Origin: Octopus sinensis
Taxonomy: Eukaryota
Length of the DNA stretch: 64,000 nt
Reading direction: 5' to 3'
NCBI RefSeq assembly: GCF_006345805.1
Contig: NC_043008.1
Location: 12,338,001 to 12,402,000 of the forward strand
Position 1 is the stretch's first letter, and each line of letters opens with the position of its first letter. The notes under the pieces were generated by a model. It was not told where the DNA came from. It saw nothing but the letters and a program-made list of their open reading frames with translations, and made no database searches. The position numbers and the translations under genes were made by a program. Of this stretch, positions 1-13,568 are shown piece by piece.

Positions 1-394
1 CCACCACACACGGTGGTTGCGATGGTTGGCGGTTGCATGGGTGCAAAAGCTACGTTGTTATCCTCATTCCGTAAACGGTGGCTCTTTTAATGGGTGGAGA
101 GCTGAACCATCCTGGGGTACAGAGGATTCGCAATCTAGACTAGGGTCTGAAAGTTTACCACACCATAGTGGGTTACACCATGGTTCCTCAGCTTTGTGGC
201 AGAAGTAGGAAGAAAGAGTGAGAGAAAGTCGTGGCAAAAGAGTACAGTGGGGTTCACCACCACCCCATGCCAGAACCTCGTGAAGCTTAGGTGTTTGTGT
301 TCAATAAACACTTACAATGCTCGGTGTGGGAATCGAAACCGCACTCTTACGACTGCGAGTCCGCTGCCCTAACCACTGAGCCATTGTGCCTCCA
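1..394 (-). mobile_element. Family D head and body with another unrelated 3' segment (T4), cut by the window edge
   Basis: 205-394 matches the D head and body; 1-205 matches none of T1-T3. Confidence 0.6.
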
Positions 395-1169
395 CATTAA
401 TTTCTGTTCGATCATCCATCTGATGACAGCATAGAAAATGAGACATTAAAGAGGGACGAGAAGGGGGATAAATAAATTGTTAACGGATGTAGTTTCGTGT
501 GACTCTGTCCTACAATTTCCTTAGTTTGAACCTTCATGGATTTGAACTCTGAATGTAAAGGGCCAAAACTAAATACCTCAAGCACTTCGTCTGTATTAGT
601 GAATAAGCTTCAATTGGCAACCGAAAGTAGATTAGTAACTTAGTTTGCCAGGAAGTAACCTTTTTGTTTATGGAGGCCTACTCTGTATGTGTGTGGGTTT
701 TTTTTGTAAAAATCATCTCCGAAGAAGAATCTACTTTCATAACAGAATTACAAAACAGAAAAAATACAATTAAGCGTTGCTTTTGGAATTCATTATAATT
801 ACTCAAAGACGATTATTGAAATTTTTATTTTTGAAAAAAAATTTTTTTTTTTGCTCGTTGAAGAAATAAAATGAAGGTATTCGAAATCTTAAATAAATCT
901 GTAAACATTTACATTCCTTCGAAAGTTTATTTTTAAAAATTTTATCTCATCTTTATTTTTTCTCTCTCTGTAAAAAACCTGTAAATACATTTTACTGTGT
1001 ATGTCTCGAGAAAGGAATTCTAATGATTAAAACTTAAGTAGGCAAGTAGCTAATGGTTAAAAAAGATTGAAAAGCTGTAAGTTTAACAAAAGAAAAATCA
1101 GATGCATTTGACAAAGACTGATTAAGATTCATCTTTAACATATGATGACTTAGGCAGCTCTGTTTTTAT

Positions 1170-1189
1170 TATCATTATTACTATTATTA

Positions 1190-1252
<63 letters not shown>

Positions 1253-1301
1253 CATCATTCTTCTTCTTCTTCTTCTATTATTATTATTATTATTATTATC
1301 A

Positions 1302-1335
<34 letters not shown>

Positions 1336-1351
1336 CATCATCATCATCATT

Positions 1352-1382
<31 letters not shown>

Positions 1383-1439
1383 TATTATTATTATTATCAT
1401 CTTCTTCTTCTTCTTCTATTATTATTATTATTATTATCA

Positions 1440-1487
<48 letters not shown>

Positions 1488-1542
1488 CATCATCATCATC
1501 ATCATCATCATCATTATTATTATTATTATTATTGTTATTATT

Positions 1543-1602
<60 letters not shown>

Positions 1603-1633
1603 GTTATTATCATCATCATCATCAACATCATCA

Positions 1634-1685
<52 letters not shown>

Positions 1686-1700
1686 CATTATTATTATTAT
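1170..1700. repeat. Compound (ATT)n/(ATC)n/(CTT)n microsatellite
   Basis: Direct reading. Confidence 0.95.
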
Positions 1701-2200
1701 TAGTAAATACTAGACATAGGTAGAGTGTGAACGCTTAGTAGAAAGAGAAGATATGAACTTCTTGTGAAGCGATATATCTGCCACTAACGGTTATTATAAT
1801 TGTCAATACCATATGTCAGTGTTCAGAGTGAAGTTCAGAAGGTAAATAATATTTGCACGTTTAAAATGGATCTCTTAAAACACTAAATGTACGGAAACGC
1901 AATCCTCTTAATTGTACAAAAAGTCTATTAAGAAAACAAAATGTAAATATAAATTCGTAATTTCCTACTTACAAACATTACAATCTGGTAATTTAATGTG
2001 GAAGTCCAGACGTGGCTGTGGGGTTAAGTAGCTAACTTTGCATTTACGGGGTTTCCGGTTCAGTCCTACGCGCAGCACCTTCAACAAAGTGGTTTGTTTT
2101 TCTTTTGCTTTTGCTTTAGACTTGAGTTGACCGATATCTTGTGGGTGAATTTTGTATCTAATGACCTATGTATATATATATATATACATATATATATATG

Positions 2201-2636
2201 GGTGTGCAGGAGTGGCTGTGTGGTAAGTAGCTTGCTTACCAACCGCATGGTCCTGGGTTGAGTCCAACTGCGTGGCACCTTGGGCAAGTGTCTTCTACTA
2301 TAGCCATGAGCTGACCAAAGCCTTGTGAGTAGATTTGGTAGACGGAAACTGAAAGAAGCCTGCCATATATATGTATAAATGTATATATGTATATATATAT
2401 ATATATATCTGTGTGTGTGTGTTTGTGTATACATTTGTGTGTCTGTGTTTGTCCTCCTCAACATCGCTTGACAACCAATACTGGTGTGTTTAAGTCCCCG
2501 TAACTTAACGTTTCGGCAAAAGATACCGATAGAATTAGTACTAGGCTTACAAAGAATAAGTCCTGGAGCCCATTTGCTCGACTAAAGGCGGTGCTCCAGC
2601 ATGGCCACAGTCAAATGACTGAAACAAATAAAAGAA
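2201..2636 (+). mobile_element. Family A SINE (about 400 bp; tRNA-like head, internal (TA)n(TG)n, (GAGTAAA)n tail), full length
   Basis: ggagtggctgtgtggtaagtagcttgc...ggcggtgctccagcatggcc.cagtcaaatgactgaaac. Resembles the described octopus tRNA-derived SINEs; family name not assignable without alignment. Confidence 0.85.
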
Positions 2637-2879
2637 AATGTGTGTGTATATATATATGTAGATAGATAGATATATATGAATATGTAGGTGAATTTGTGCA
2701 TGCATCAATATGTATATATGCATGTACATATGTGATATGAAGATATATATTTTGCATAAATATAGATAGGAAATAAAATGAATGCTAGAACCAAGTCTAA
2801 AACTATGATTTTGGGAAGTAATTGCAAATATTCAAATTTCAAAATAAAAAGGAAAAAAAACCCAATTTTTTGTTAATTA

Positions 2880-3351
2880 TGCTTCCACGGCGATCACAAT
2901 GTATGTATGCATGCATGAATGTACGAATGTATATATATGTATGAGTATGTATGTATATGTATGTATATATATATATATGGTATATGAGTATATATATGTG
3001 TGTATGTATATGTGTATATATATGTATGTGTATATTTATATCTATATATGTACAGTTTATATGTGTGTATATGTATGTATATGTGTGTATATGTATGTAT
3101 ATGTATGTATATATATATATATATAATATATATATATATTTTGTGTGTGTGTATACATGTATAAGTACATGTGTGTGTATATATATATATATATATGGTA
3201 TATGAGTATATATATGTGTGTATGTATATGTGTGTATATGTATGTATATGTATGTATATGTGTGTATATGTATGTGTATGTGTATATTAGTATATGTACA
3301 GTTTATATGTGTGTATATGTATGTATATGAGTATATGTATATGGTGTTTGT

Positions 3352-3407
<56 letters not shown>

Positions 3408-3570
3408 GTATGTGTATGCATTTATAAGTACATGTGTATATATATATGGTATATGAATATAAATATATATGTATATATGTGTGTGTGTGTGTGTATGTAT
3501 ATGTGTATATATATGTATGTGTATATTTATATCTATATATGTACAGTTTATATGTATGTATATATACTCA
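2880..3570. repeat. (TA)/(TG) microsatellite with an approximately 245-bp higher-order period
   Basis: tacagttt at 3051, 3297 and 3542. Confidence 0.8.
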
Positions 3571-3885
3571 CACCATACAATATGTCATTTGAGCTCCATC
3601 ATGCTGATTGCTCTCCTTTTTATTCCTTCGCAGATTTCGGTAGGCGTGGTAGCACTTATACTTCGTTGTATTCATTTGTTTTACATGACTATTGTTGCTG
3701 ATTAGTGAAATATTGATGGCATTCTTCATCATTTCATAATTGTTGTCTGCCTCCTCCTTACCTACTTAAGTTTCACAGAGTTTCTGATGATGTCTTAGTT
3801 TCCTGTAAGAAACCTCTGGTCCTAGATTTTCTTAACAGACTGAAGAGATATCTGAACCCAATGGGGTTTCTACATATAAATATCT

Positions 3886-4115
3886 ATTTCTTTACTACCC
3901 TCAAGGGGCTAAACACAGAGGGGACAAACAAGGACAGACAAAAGGATTAAGTCGATTACATCAACCCCTGTGCGTAACTGGTACTTTATTTATCGACTCC
4001 GAAAGGATGAAAGGCAAAGTCGACCTCGGCGGAATTTGAACTCAGAACGTAACGGCAGACGAAATACGGCTACGCATCTCGCCCGGCGTGCTGACGTTTC
4101 TGCCAGTTCACCGCT
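3886..4115 (-). mobile_element. Family B SINE (tRNA-like head, central gactttgcctttcatcctttcggggtcgataaa domain), full length
   Basis: Matches + copies at 33330-33550. Confidence 0.85.
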
Positions 4116-4149
4116 TGTTCATTGTTCAATGTATATGCGTGTGCATGCT

Positions 4150-4180
<31 letters not shown>

Positions 4181-4286
4181 GTGTGTGTGTGAGTGTGAAT
4201 GTGTTTTTATGACTTGTCTTGATTCTATTGACCCAATGCTTAAAATTTCTGGAAAGAGTATGAGAAATATTTTCTATATATAATTT

Positions 4287-4693
4287 GTGTGTGGTAAGTA
4301 GCTTGTTTACCAACCATATGGTTCCGGGTTCAGTCCCACTGCGTGGCACCTTGGGCAAGTGTCTTCTGCTATAACCTCGGGCTGACCAAAGCCTTGTGAG
4401 TGGATTTGGTAGACGGAAACTGAAAAGAAGCCCGTCGTATATATGTATATATATATATATATATATATGCATTTGTGTGTCTGTGTTTGTCCCCCTAGCA
4501 TTGCTTGACAACCGATGCTGGTGTGTTTACGTCCCCGTTACTTAGCGGTTCGGCAAAAGAGGCCGATAGAGTAAGTACTGGGCTTACAAAAGAATAAGTC
4601 CCTGGGTCGAGTTGCTCGAGTCAAGGCGGTGCTCCAGCATGGTCGCAGTCAAATGACTGAAACAAGTAAAAGAGTAAGGAGTAAAGAGTAAGG
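4287..4693 (+). mobile_element. Family A SINE
   Basis: Colinear with the other copies; tail gtaaaagagtaaggagtaaagag. Confidence 0.85.
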
Positions 4694-4863
4694 GTATTTG
4701 CAAATCACATGAAATGCATATACAACAGACCATTCTTTATGCTCTCTCAGCCATGCTTTTTTTCAGGTTTCATCTCCATAATCCTAATCCAGAAACCTAA
4801 TCTGCTTATGGTTTGTTGACCGCATTTGAACTCCTTAGATGAGTTTAATATTCTTTTAAAAAA

Positions 4864-5029
4864 ACCATTCGCAAATATCTCCTTCGAGTAAAACCACCAA
4901 TAGCAGAGAACATGACCAAAAAACTGTGTGTACGCCATCCCATGCAGCTGTGGTAGGTTGTACAAAGGTGAAACATGCTACCCCCCCACCTCCAAAATAA
5001 GGGTAGAGGAACATTGCAAAGCTGTGACA
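4864..5029 (+). mobile_element. Frameshifted Penelope-like GIY-YIG endonuclease remnant
   Basis: Manual translation across two frameshifts gives TIRKYLLRVKPPIAENMTK / NCVYAIPCSCGRLYKGETC / KIRVEEHCKAVT. This matches the VY.IPC.CG..Y.GET....R..EH pattern of PLE endonucleases. Confidence 0.8.
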
Positions 5030-5269
5030 TCACATGTTCGCTTCAGCAAAACCATTAATGGTTTTTTTCCTGTTAAAACCAAAAATAAACAACTATGAGG
5101 GACATTATAAACAAGGAGTCGCAAACACGTTTGACTACAAAGATGCAATGCCATCAGTGGTTTTAAATTTTTAATATTTTATCTTCTTTTTGTATTCATG
5201 TTGTTTATTACCACTTTACCAAGAATCCGGTAGAGATTTCGTTTATGCTATTCCTGTGGGGTAGTGAAG

Positions 5270-5870
5270 CATGACCTTTGAACGCTGGGCCTCACAAAGG
5301 CAATGAGAAAAGACCGAGGCCTCTTGAGGTATGCTGTGACTGAGAAGACCTGGCAAATAAAGTGAGTTCGCAGCTGTAACCTACACCAGTGCTTCATAAC
5401 CAGCCAGCTCAAAAGTGCCTTGGATCGTAGGGTGACATGCCGTGCTTGAGGAGACCTATTAAGTCAAATACATCAACATCAAAATCAAAATCAAATCAAA
5501 TTACAATCAAATGGAAATTGTAGCTGTGACCCCCATGCCAGTAGTATGTAAAAAGCTCCATCCGAACATGACTGGTGCTTGTGCTACCTTGACTGGCTTC
5601 CATGCCAGTGGCACATAAAAAGCACTATCTGATCATCATCGATGTCAGCCTCTCTGGCCCCTGTACCAGGAGCATGTAAAAAACACCCACTACACTCTCA
5701 GAGTGGTTGGCGTTAGGAAGGGCATCCAGCTGTAGAAACACTGCTAGATCAGATTGGAGCCTGGTGCAGCTTCTAGGCTTCCCAGACCCCAGTTGAACCA
5801 TCCAACCCATGCCAGCATGGAAAACGGACTTTAAATGATGAGGATGATGATGATGATAATGATGATGATG
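5270..5870 (+). mobile_element. Family E (RTE-like) 3' fragment
   Basis: Colinear with 18690-19285; ends catggaaaacggactttaaatgatgaggatgat. Confidence 0.75.
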
Positions 5871-7479
5871 GCGCAGTAGGGTTAAGTATTGAGTTTACAT
5901 CCAAAGTTCTCTTCTCTCTACTTACATTACAAACCTTATATTCTATTTACAGGTTATTTCTCTGAGATTACAGAACTTCTTCCAATTTTTATATAGTTAT
6001 AGAATGTGATCAGTTTATGCTTTAATTTGCAATACAGCCCGGAACCGACTTTCACAAGATCAAAGCTAATGGCATTATCAAATAATTCTATTGATAAATT
6101 CGGTGCAAACCTCACTTAAATATAGTTGGCAAGCTGTTGTAAGAAGTATTTATTCGCTGAATGTTAATATTCAGATCTTATACAGATAATTTAATTTCGG
6201 GTGCATGCATATGCGCTCACATGTGCATTTACATGCAACATATCATCATAAAATCATTGATTCTCTCATCTCGCTGTCTTCACAAGGAATTTCCAAACCC
6301 ATCACTGAAATTGCTGGAAGAAACATAGAATCTATGCCAAACTCAACAAGTAGTTCTTGGTTTTATAGTTGTCAGGTTTTCATCTTTTAGTAAAGTAATA
6401 CGCTGTAGTAATACATATTTTAGTAATTATTCTTTGTCCAAACTAAAGAATGCGAACTGATGCAACATAAAAATCATATGAATAAACCATAAGTTTTGCG
6501 TAATTAGATGGCAATGGCTAAGGATTTTATCAAATAGATATGTACAGGTATGGCTATATATGCATGCCTTTAATATAAATTGCACACCTATTTTCCAAGC
6601 TCTGTACATAGATGCAAATTGAATCTGTTATCTTGTGCAATGAAGCAAATATCTCACTCGCAAGATTTGGGTACATCAAATATATCATCAGTCACAGAGA
6701 TGATTAATGAGTTTCATTTTTACTTAGAGCCGCAGAAGGGACCTAGCAAGCTGAGACCTTCAAAATTTGTGATACCTGCCTCCTATTAGCTTAATTTGAA
6801 GGGCTTTATATAAATGAAATTCATTAATCATCTAGGTGTCTAAAGACATAGCTGAAGTGTTCAGATCTTACGACTGATATATGCGCTTCATTGCACGTGA
6901 TAAAATTCCATTTGCATTAATGTACACAGCTCGGAAAATAGGGATGCGTTTTATTTTAAATGGATCCATATGCTCGCTTGTATACATATGCATTCACTTT
7001 TAAATGAGCCATATCCAATTTGGAATAAAAACTGAGCTTTTCACTTAGTTAGAAGACACACAACGCATGCGTATCGTTTGTTATTTGTTGTGGAAAGTGC
7101 CTGGTCAGTTCCTATCAAGCAAATTTACGATCAAAGGTATTCCATCCCATTTATCCATCCATTTTGTGCACTCGCTATACCTGGGAGGATTGTAAGCAGA
7201 GAACCCTTGGTCATATTCTAATGCTTGATTGGTTTGCATTTGGTGACCAAGGTGATGGGGGCCTAATTAGGGCTAATGCATTAATGGAAACTGCTTTTGT
7301 GTTGTTAGAATCGTGGTTTATTTGTACAGATGGTTGGAAAAGAGAGAGTAATAGAAAGGAATATTTGAATATGAGATGGTTTTGACATGGTCAAGGAGGT
7401 CACTTGGCAACCACCATGTAGCTTTCAGGGCTCAGTTCCACTGCATGGCACCTTGGGCAAGTGTCTTTTATTGTAGTCC

Positions 7480-7890
7480 TGAGCTAACCATCACCGCCGC
7501 CACCACCACCATCATCATCCTCAGCAGCAGCAAAAACACCAACAACACCACCATCACGACCACCACCAACATCACCACCGTCATCATTAGCAGCAACAAT
7601 ATCATCATCATCACCACCATGACGACAACCACCACCACCACCACTACCACCATCACCACTACCACCATCACCACCACCACCATCATCGTCATCATCGTCA
7701 TCATCGTCATCATCATCATCATCATCATCATCATTGTCATCATCGTCATCATCGTCATTGCCATCATTGTCCATGCTAGCAAGGCTAGGAGAGCTGCACC
7801 AGACTCCTGTCTGATTTGGCATGGTTTCTCCAGCTGGATGCCCTTCCTAACGCTAACCACTTTACAGTGTGTGCTGGGTGCTCTAACACG
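7480..7890 (-). mobile_element. Family E 3' end with a tail expanded into an approximately 290-bp (GAT/GGT)n array
   Basis: E terminus at 7770-7890 abuts the (CAC/CAT)n array. Confidence 0.6.
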
Positions 7891-8204
7891 GCACTGAATG
7901 GTTGCTTTTATATGGTGCTGTAAGTGGATTTGGTAGACAGAATCTGTGTGGAAGCCTGTCATAATACATACCCATATATATATATATATATATGATGCAT
8001 ATACATGCATGCATCATCAATAATGAATTAAATGAGTTAAGGAAGCGGTGAGTTGGCAGAATCATTAGCATGCTGGACGAAATGCTTAACGGTACTTCAC
8101 CTGTTGCTATGTTCTGAGTTCAAATTCTGCCGAGGTGGACTTTGCTTTAGTATTTCTAAATTGAATTTTTCCCTGTAAGTTTGGAATAATATTCCCTCAT
8201 ATTA

Positions 8205-8237
<33 letters not shown>

Positions 8238-8249
8238 GATTCAAATGAA

Positions 8250-8388
8250 TAAGTATTACAACAGATTTAAGATGCTGAGTACTCATCAGCCAATTATAGA
8301 GGTTTTCCATTAATACAAAAATTTTCAAATCAAAACCTCTATAATTGGCTGATGAGTACTCAGCATCTCAAATCTGTTGTAATACTTA
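8250..8388. repeat. 57-bp inverted repeat (one mismatch) with a 25-nt loop
   Basis: Arms 8250-8306 and 8332-8388. Confidence 0.85.
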
Positions 8389-8924
8389 CAACATTTAATA
8401 AAATGATGTAGTATGAAACGATCGTACCAGATTACCGGAGTCATTCTTGTTGCTTGTTTTGATATATATATATAATATATATATATATATATAGATATAT
8501 ATATATATATATATACATTTATGTATGTATATATGTGTATATATATATATATATATACACATATGTATGTATGTATGTATGCATATGTATACACACATAC
8601 ATCAGCTGCATCAAACCAACATCAGAGGCTGTATATATATGAAAGCAATCAATAGCTTCTCTTAATGATATTGCACAGATTGTTTTACTACAGTAATGAA
8701 TTCACAATAAATAAAAGAAGAGGGAGAGAGAGAAATCAATAAAACAAACAAACAAAAAAGAAATATCAAAATTTGTTGCACAGGTTAGAAACAACAACAA
8801 CAACAACAGCGACAACAAACAACATAAAACAAAAAAAATACTTTAAATGACAAATTATCAAATACTGCAAAAATAGAAAAAGGCTTTTACCATTACTAGT
8901 TTGTAATGGTAAAAGTTTGTATTT

Positions 8925-9191
8925 ATTCTTTTACTCTTTACTTTTTCACTTGTTTCAGTCATTTGACTGTGGTCATGCTGGAGCACCGCCTTAAGTCGAG
9001 CAAATCGACGCCAGGACTTATTCTTTGTGAGCCTGGAATTTATTCTATCGGTCTCTTTTGCTGAACCGCTAAGTGACGGGGACGTCAACACACCACCAGT
9101 GTTGGGGTGTTTATGTCCCCGTAACTTAGCGGTTCGGCAAAAGAGAACCGATAGAATAAGCGATGTTGGGGGGACAAATACAAACACATAA

Positions 9192-9222
<31 letters not shown>

Positions 9223-9392
9223 CATATATACGACAGGTCCTTCAGCCCCCGTCCACCAAATCCACTCACAAGGCTTTGGTCGGCCAGAGGCTATAGTAGA
9301 AGACACTTGCCCAAGGTGTCACGCAGTGGGAATGAACTCGGAACCATGTGCTTCGTAAGCAATCTACTTATCACACAGCCACTCCTGTGCCT
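8925..9392 (-). mobile_element. Family A SINE with an internal inverted segment
   Basis: Reverse-strand copy; 9106-9159 is an inverted copy of 9040-9094. Confidence 0.8.
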
Positions 9393-10259
9393 ATGTATAT
9401 ATATATATATATGTATATGTTTGTATAGTTTGTATATGTTTCAATGCTGTTTTCTAGTTCCATATAATGTCTAAGCTATTCGAAAACTATGTTTCCAATT
9501 TGGTATATGGGAAATATTTCTGTTTTAGCAGCATCTGAGGTATCAAGCCTACTTTATTTGTTTGATCTCATTTTGATGAGAAACAGGTGGTTTTCATTCG
9601 AACATCAGAAAATTAATTTATGCCATTTTTCTTATCTGTCTCTGTTTGTCTTTTTGCTTTGCTTTCTGTTTACCTTTGAATGTTCTGATAATTAATTAAC
9701 TGACCTAATTAAAAAGAATGAAACGCAGGTGTGTTTCCTGCCTGTTTTTAAGTGCTACTTTTTCATTCATAATTAGCTTGGCTGATCTCTTCAGATGTAC
9801 CTTAATTGTAAAGAAAAAAGGTATCTAGGTTAACCCCTTAACACTGATTATTCTGTTAAATGTAATACTTATTTTTTCACATTGTTTTGGATCAACCCTG
9901 CATTGTCTTGTAGCTTTGAGATTTCAATGATGCAACTGTTTATAATTATAGAATGACATTGTAGGATAGGTGTAAGAGGTCTGATGTGGCTGATTTGAGC
10001 ATAAAGCATCATGAATATTTGGGCCAGATATGGTCAGTTTAAATACTAATATGTTAATATGGATATATTTTTTGCCGCAATAAAATGTATATCATTTCAT
10101 CTGATGAATTATCACAAGATGAAGATATGATAAATTTTTTCTGTTAAATACCTACGTAATGATATAATTATATTGGTGGTAATAAGAATTAATTATTCAG
10201 AAGATATTCATTTGTTAATCCATTGGTTCTCAATAAGGGTCCACATGACACTCAAGAGC

Positions 10260-10553
10260 AGGGGGTGTAGCTAGGGTAAATAACGCCCAGGGCAAGCATC
10301 AAAATTGCATTCCACCCAGTAAGTGGGGAAGTTGGCTGGTCAGTGCATGCATTTTGTCAGATGAAGATCAAGTAAGAGTACCTATTTTGTCTAGTGTCAT
10401 GTATGGTGATAAGCAAAACAGACCATGTCTGAAAAGGTTAAAAAATTGTTTCCAATGGCTCAGTTAGAAAATGATCTTGGCCAAAATTGTGCACCCACCT
10501 CAAAGTGGCACCCAGGGTATGTGCCCTGCTTGCCTCACCCTAGCCACATCCCT
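10260..10553. mobile_element. Approximately 295-bp MITE with short terminal inverted repeats
   Basis: agggggtgtagctaggg ... ccctagccacatccct; no clear TSD. Confidence 0.45.
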
Positions 10554-10594
10554 TCTCAGGAGTCCATAAAAGATTTTGTTGTTAGTATTTAAAG

Positions 10595-10875
10595 TGGCGC
10601 TCCGTCACTTACAAAGCCAAGGGTTCTAGTCGATCTGATTAGTGGAACAGCCTACTCACGAAATTAATGTGCAAGTGGCTGAGTACTCCACAGACATGCA
10701 TACCCTTAACATAGTTCCCAGGGAGATTCGGTGTGACACAGAATGTTACAAGGCTGGCTCTTTGAATAGAGGTACTACTCATTTTTGCCAGCTGAGTGGA
10801 CTGGGGCAATGTGAAATAAAGTGTCTTGCTCAAGGACACTGTATGTCACCAGGAATTGAACTTGTGACCTTCTAA
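10595..10875 (-). mobile_element. Family C SINE (tRNA head, gtgtccttgagcaagacac body, tail T1)
   Basis: Reverse complement of 63572-63885. Confidence 0.75.
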
Positions 10876-11689
10876 CTGCATTAACCTTTAGCACACTGCA
10901 TTTTTCTCTTTAGGATTGTTTCCCCTGCCACTATCCTGTTACTACATGGGAGAAAACTCATACAGTGACATGATGCACCAACACTGCGCTAAAGGTAAAG
11001 GTATATCTGCATATTTTGAATTCAAGATTTATAGGTTTCTGACAGAGATAGAAATTTCTTGAATTAACCCAGAGACAAACAAGATCAATATAAAACAGCA
11101 TCTACATAAAAGGGCATGGAACCTTGCTGGAAGTCTGTGACCCATCTTACATGCATAACAGTTCTAGCTTAAAGTGTAAAACAATTCTCTAATCAAATAG
11201 ATAAAACAACAGCTCTGTAATTACCATTTATACTAAATAATATCCTGATGAAATTTTTAAGACTGTTAAAAGCTTTTTTCAAAATTTTTTTTTTTTCATG
11301 AGAAGCAGCAGAAATCCAATTCGAATTCCTTATAACAAGTCTGTAAGTTATGGAACGCACCAACCCAGCTATTGGCATAATGTAGTCAACAAATCAGGAA
11401 GGGAAAAAAAAAAATGCCTTCCAGCTCTTAGCCAATTCAGACTACAAAGTAGATTTCTAATGAAATGAAGTTGTCTATTGATTATAGATGCTTTGTTTAC
11501 ATTCTTTGTGTTATTTCTATTGGAAATTCTCCTAACTAGCCAAAAACAAAAACTACAAAAGCAATCAAAAGAGGAAAAAGGCAAATAAAAAAAACAAGCA
11601 ACATAAGTAAATATTATTATTGGTGCTACCAGAAATCAGCTGCTTCGCGATGAAAGCTATTTGGGAGTAACTGGCTTAATTTAAGCAAA

Positions 11690-12986
11690 CACACACACAC
11701 ACACACACACACGCATGTACATACACACACAGACGCACACAATGTACATACACATGCAGACACACACAATGTACATACATACATACACACACACACAGAG
11801 ACTCACAAATACATCTATATACATACACACACAACACATACACATATACACAAATGTGCAACATATATGCATGCACATATATATGCATGCACATATGCAC
11901 ATATATATATATAACGTATCTACATATATGTGAGTGAGTGTGTGTGTGTGTATGCATGCAAAGGCACACACATAAATACACATGTACTTATATCATAGAT
12001 ACATGTATGTATGCATGCATGCATATGCACACACGTGCACACACACACGTGCAGACACACATGCACACATATACGTACTTTCATAGCTATAACACACATG
12101 CATGTATATATGTATGTATGTGCACATACAAGACTACATACATACATGTTATATGTATATATATATATATATATATACACATACGTATATATACCACATA
12201 CACACACACACTTAAATACAGACATATATATGTCATATATATGCACATGTATATATGTATGCACACACAAAACTACATACATACATGTTATATGTATGTA
12301 TGAATATATATATATATACATACATATATATATGACACACACTTAAATACACACACACATATATATATGTAATATATATGCACATGTATATATGTATGTA
12401 TGCATGCATACGCATTTATATATGTCTTGAATTTCTTTTTATGCAAAGCTCTCAACTTGGCTAACTATGTTAAGTCTAAGATCAGTGAAATTTAAGATCA
12501 ATACCAAATTGTAACCGAGATACACTTGTGATGTTTTGTTTCATTTTATTTATATGTTTTTGATCTCATTCAGGTCATTTGCTAAATAAAACCTCAATGC
12601 TATAAAAATGATCAGATTACCAATTCTTTTGATTGATATCGTCAATACGGTGGCATGTTTGGTATTTAGTATTTAGAATTTGTAAATATTTCCTGGAAAG
12701 TGAAATCATCCCCAACATAATTATTTAAGTGATTTGTAACAGCTGGCAAAGTTTGCTTGTGATGGTGTATTCTGGCTCTTTGAGATGATTCTCAAAGATG
12801 GAGGAAGAATTAATTATTAGTCGTAAGAATTTCCATGTTTGTTATGTAAAGTTACTCGTTATATACATACTTTATAAATCAAATTGTATTTATATATATA
12901 TATATATGTATGTATATGTATGTATATGTATGTATATATATGTATATATCTATATTTATATATGTGTATATAAATATGTGTATAGA

Positions 12987-13071
<85 letters not shown>

Positions 13072-13075
13072 CATA
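11690..13075. repeat. (CA)/(TA) microsatellite tracts (about 11690-12425 and 12880-13075)
   Basis: Direct reading. Confidence 0.9.
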
Positions 13076-13321
13076 CATCCCCCTACCGTCACTTGACAAC
13101 TGATGTTGGTGTGTTTACATCCCTGTAAGTTAGCCGTTTGGCCAAAACAGACTGATAGAATAAGTACTAGGCTTACAATAAATAAGTCCTGGGATCGATT
13201 TCTTTGACTAGAATCCTTTGGTACGGTTCTCCAGTATGGCCACAGTCAAATGACCTAAACAAGTGAAAGAATATAACAAAAGAAAAATAAGTTTGCTTAA
13301 CCCTTTTTAAAAAGCTGAGAG

Positions 13322-13568
13322 CTTGCCTGGTATGGTCATGTAGTGTCCTGCCACAACTCCCTGTCGAAAACCATCCTTCAGAACACGGTTGAGGGAGGGC
13401 AAAGGAGAGACAGACAGAGAGCATCCTAGTTTGACGACATCAAGGACTGGCCAGGTTACACACAACACTACAAACCTGCGACACATGACAGAGAAAACCA
13501 TCTCGAGTAGCACTTCAGCGACTGGCCACATCATTTAAAGGGCCTTCAAGACGATGATGATGACGGTC
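13322..13568 (+). mobile_element. 3' end of an RTE/BovB-like LINE (decayed ORF C-terminus plus (GAT)n tail)
   Basis: Translates LAWYGHVVSCHNSLSKTILQNTVEGGQRRDRQRAS*FDDIKDW, the W.GHV...K.ILQG.VEG.RRRGR..W.D.IK.W RTE C-terminal pattern. Confidence 0.7.
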
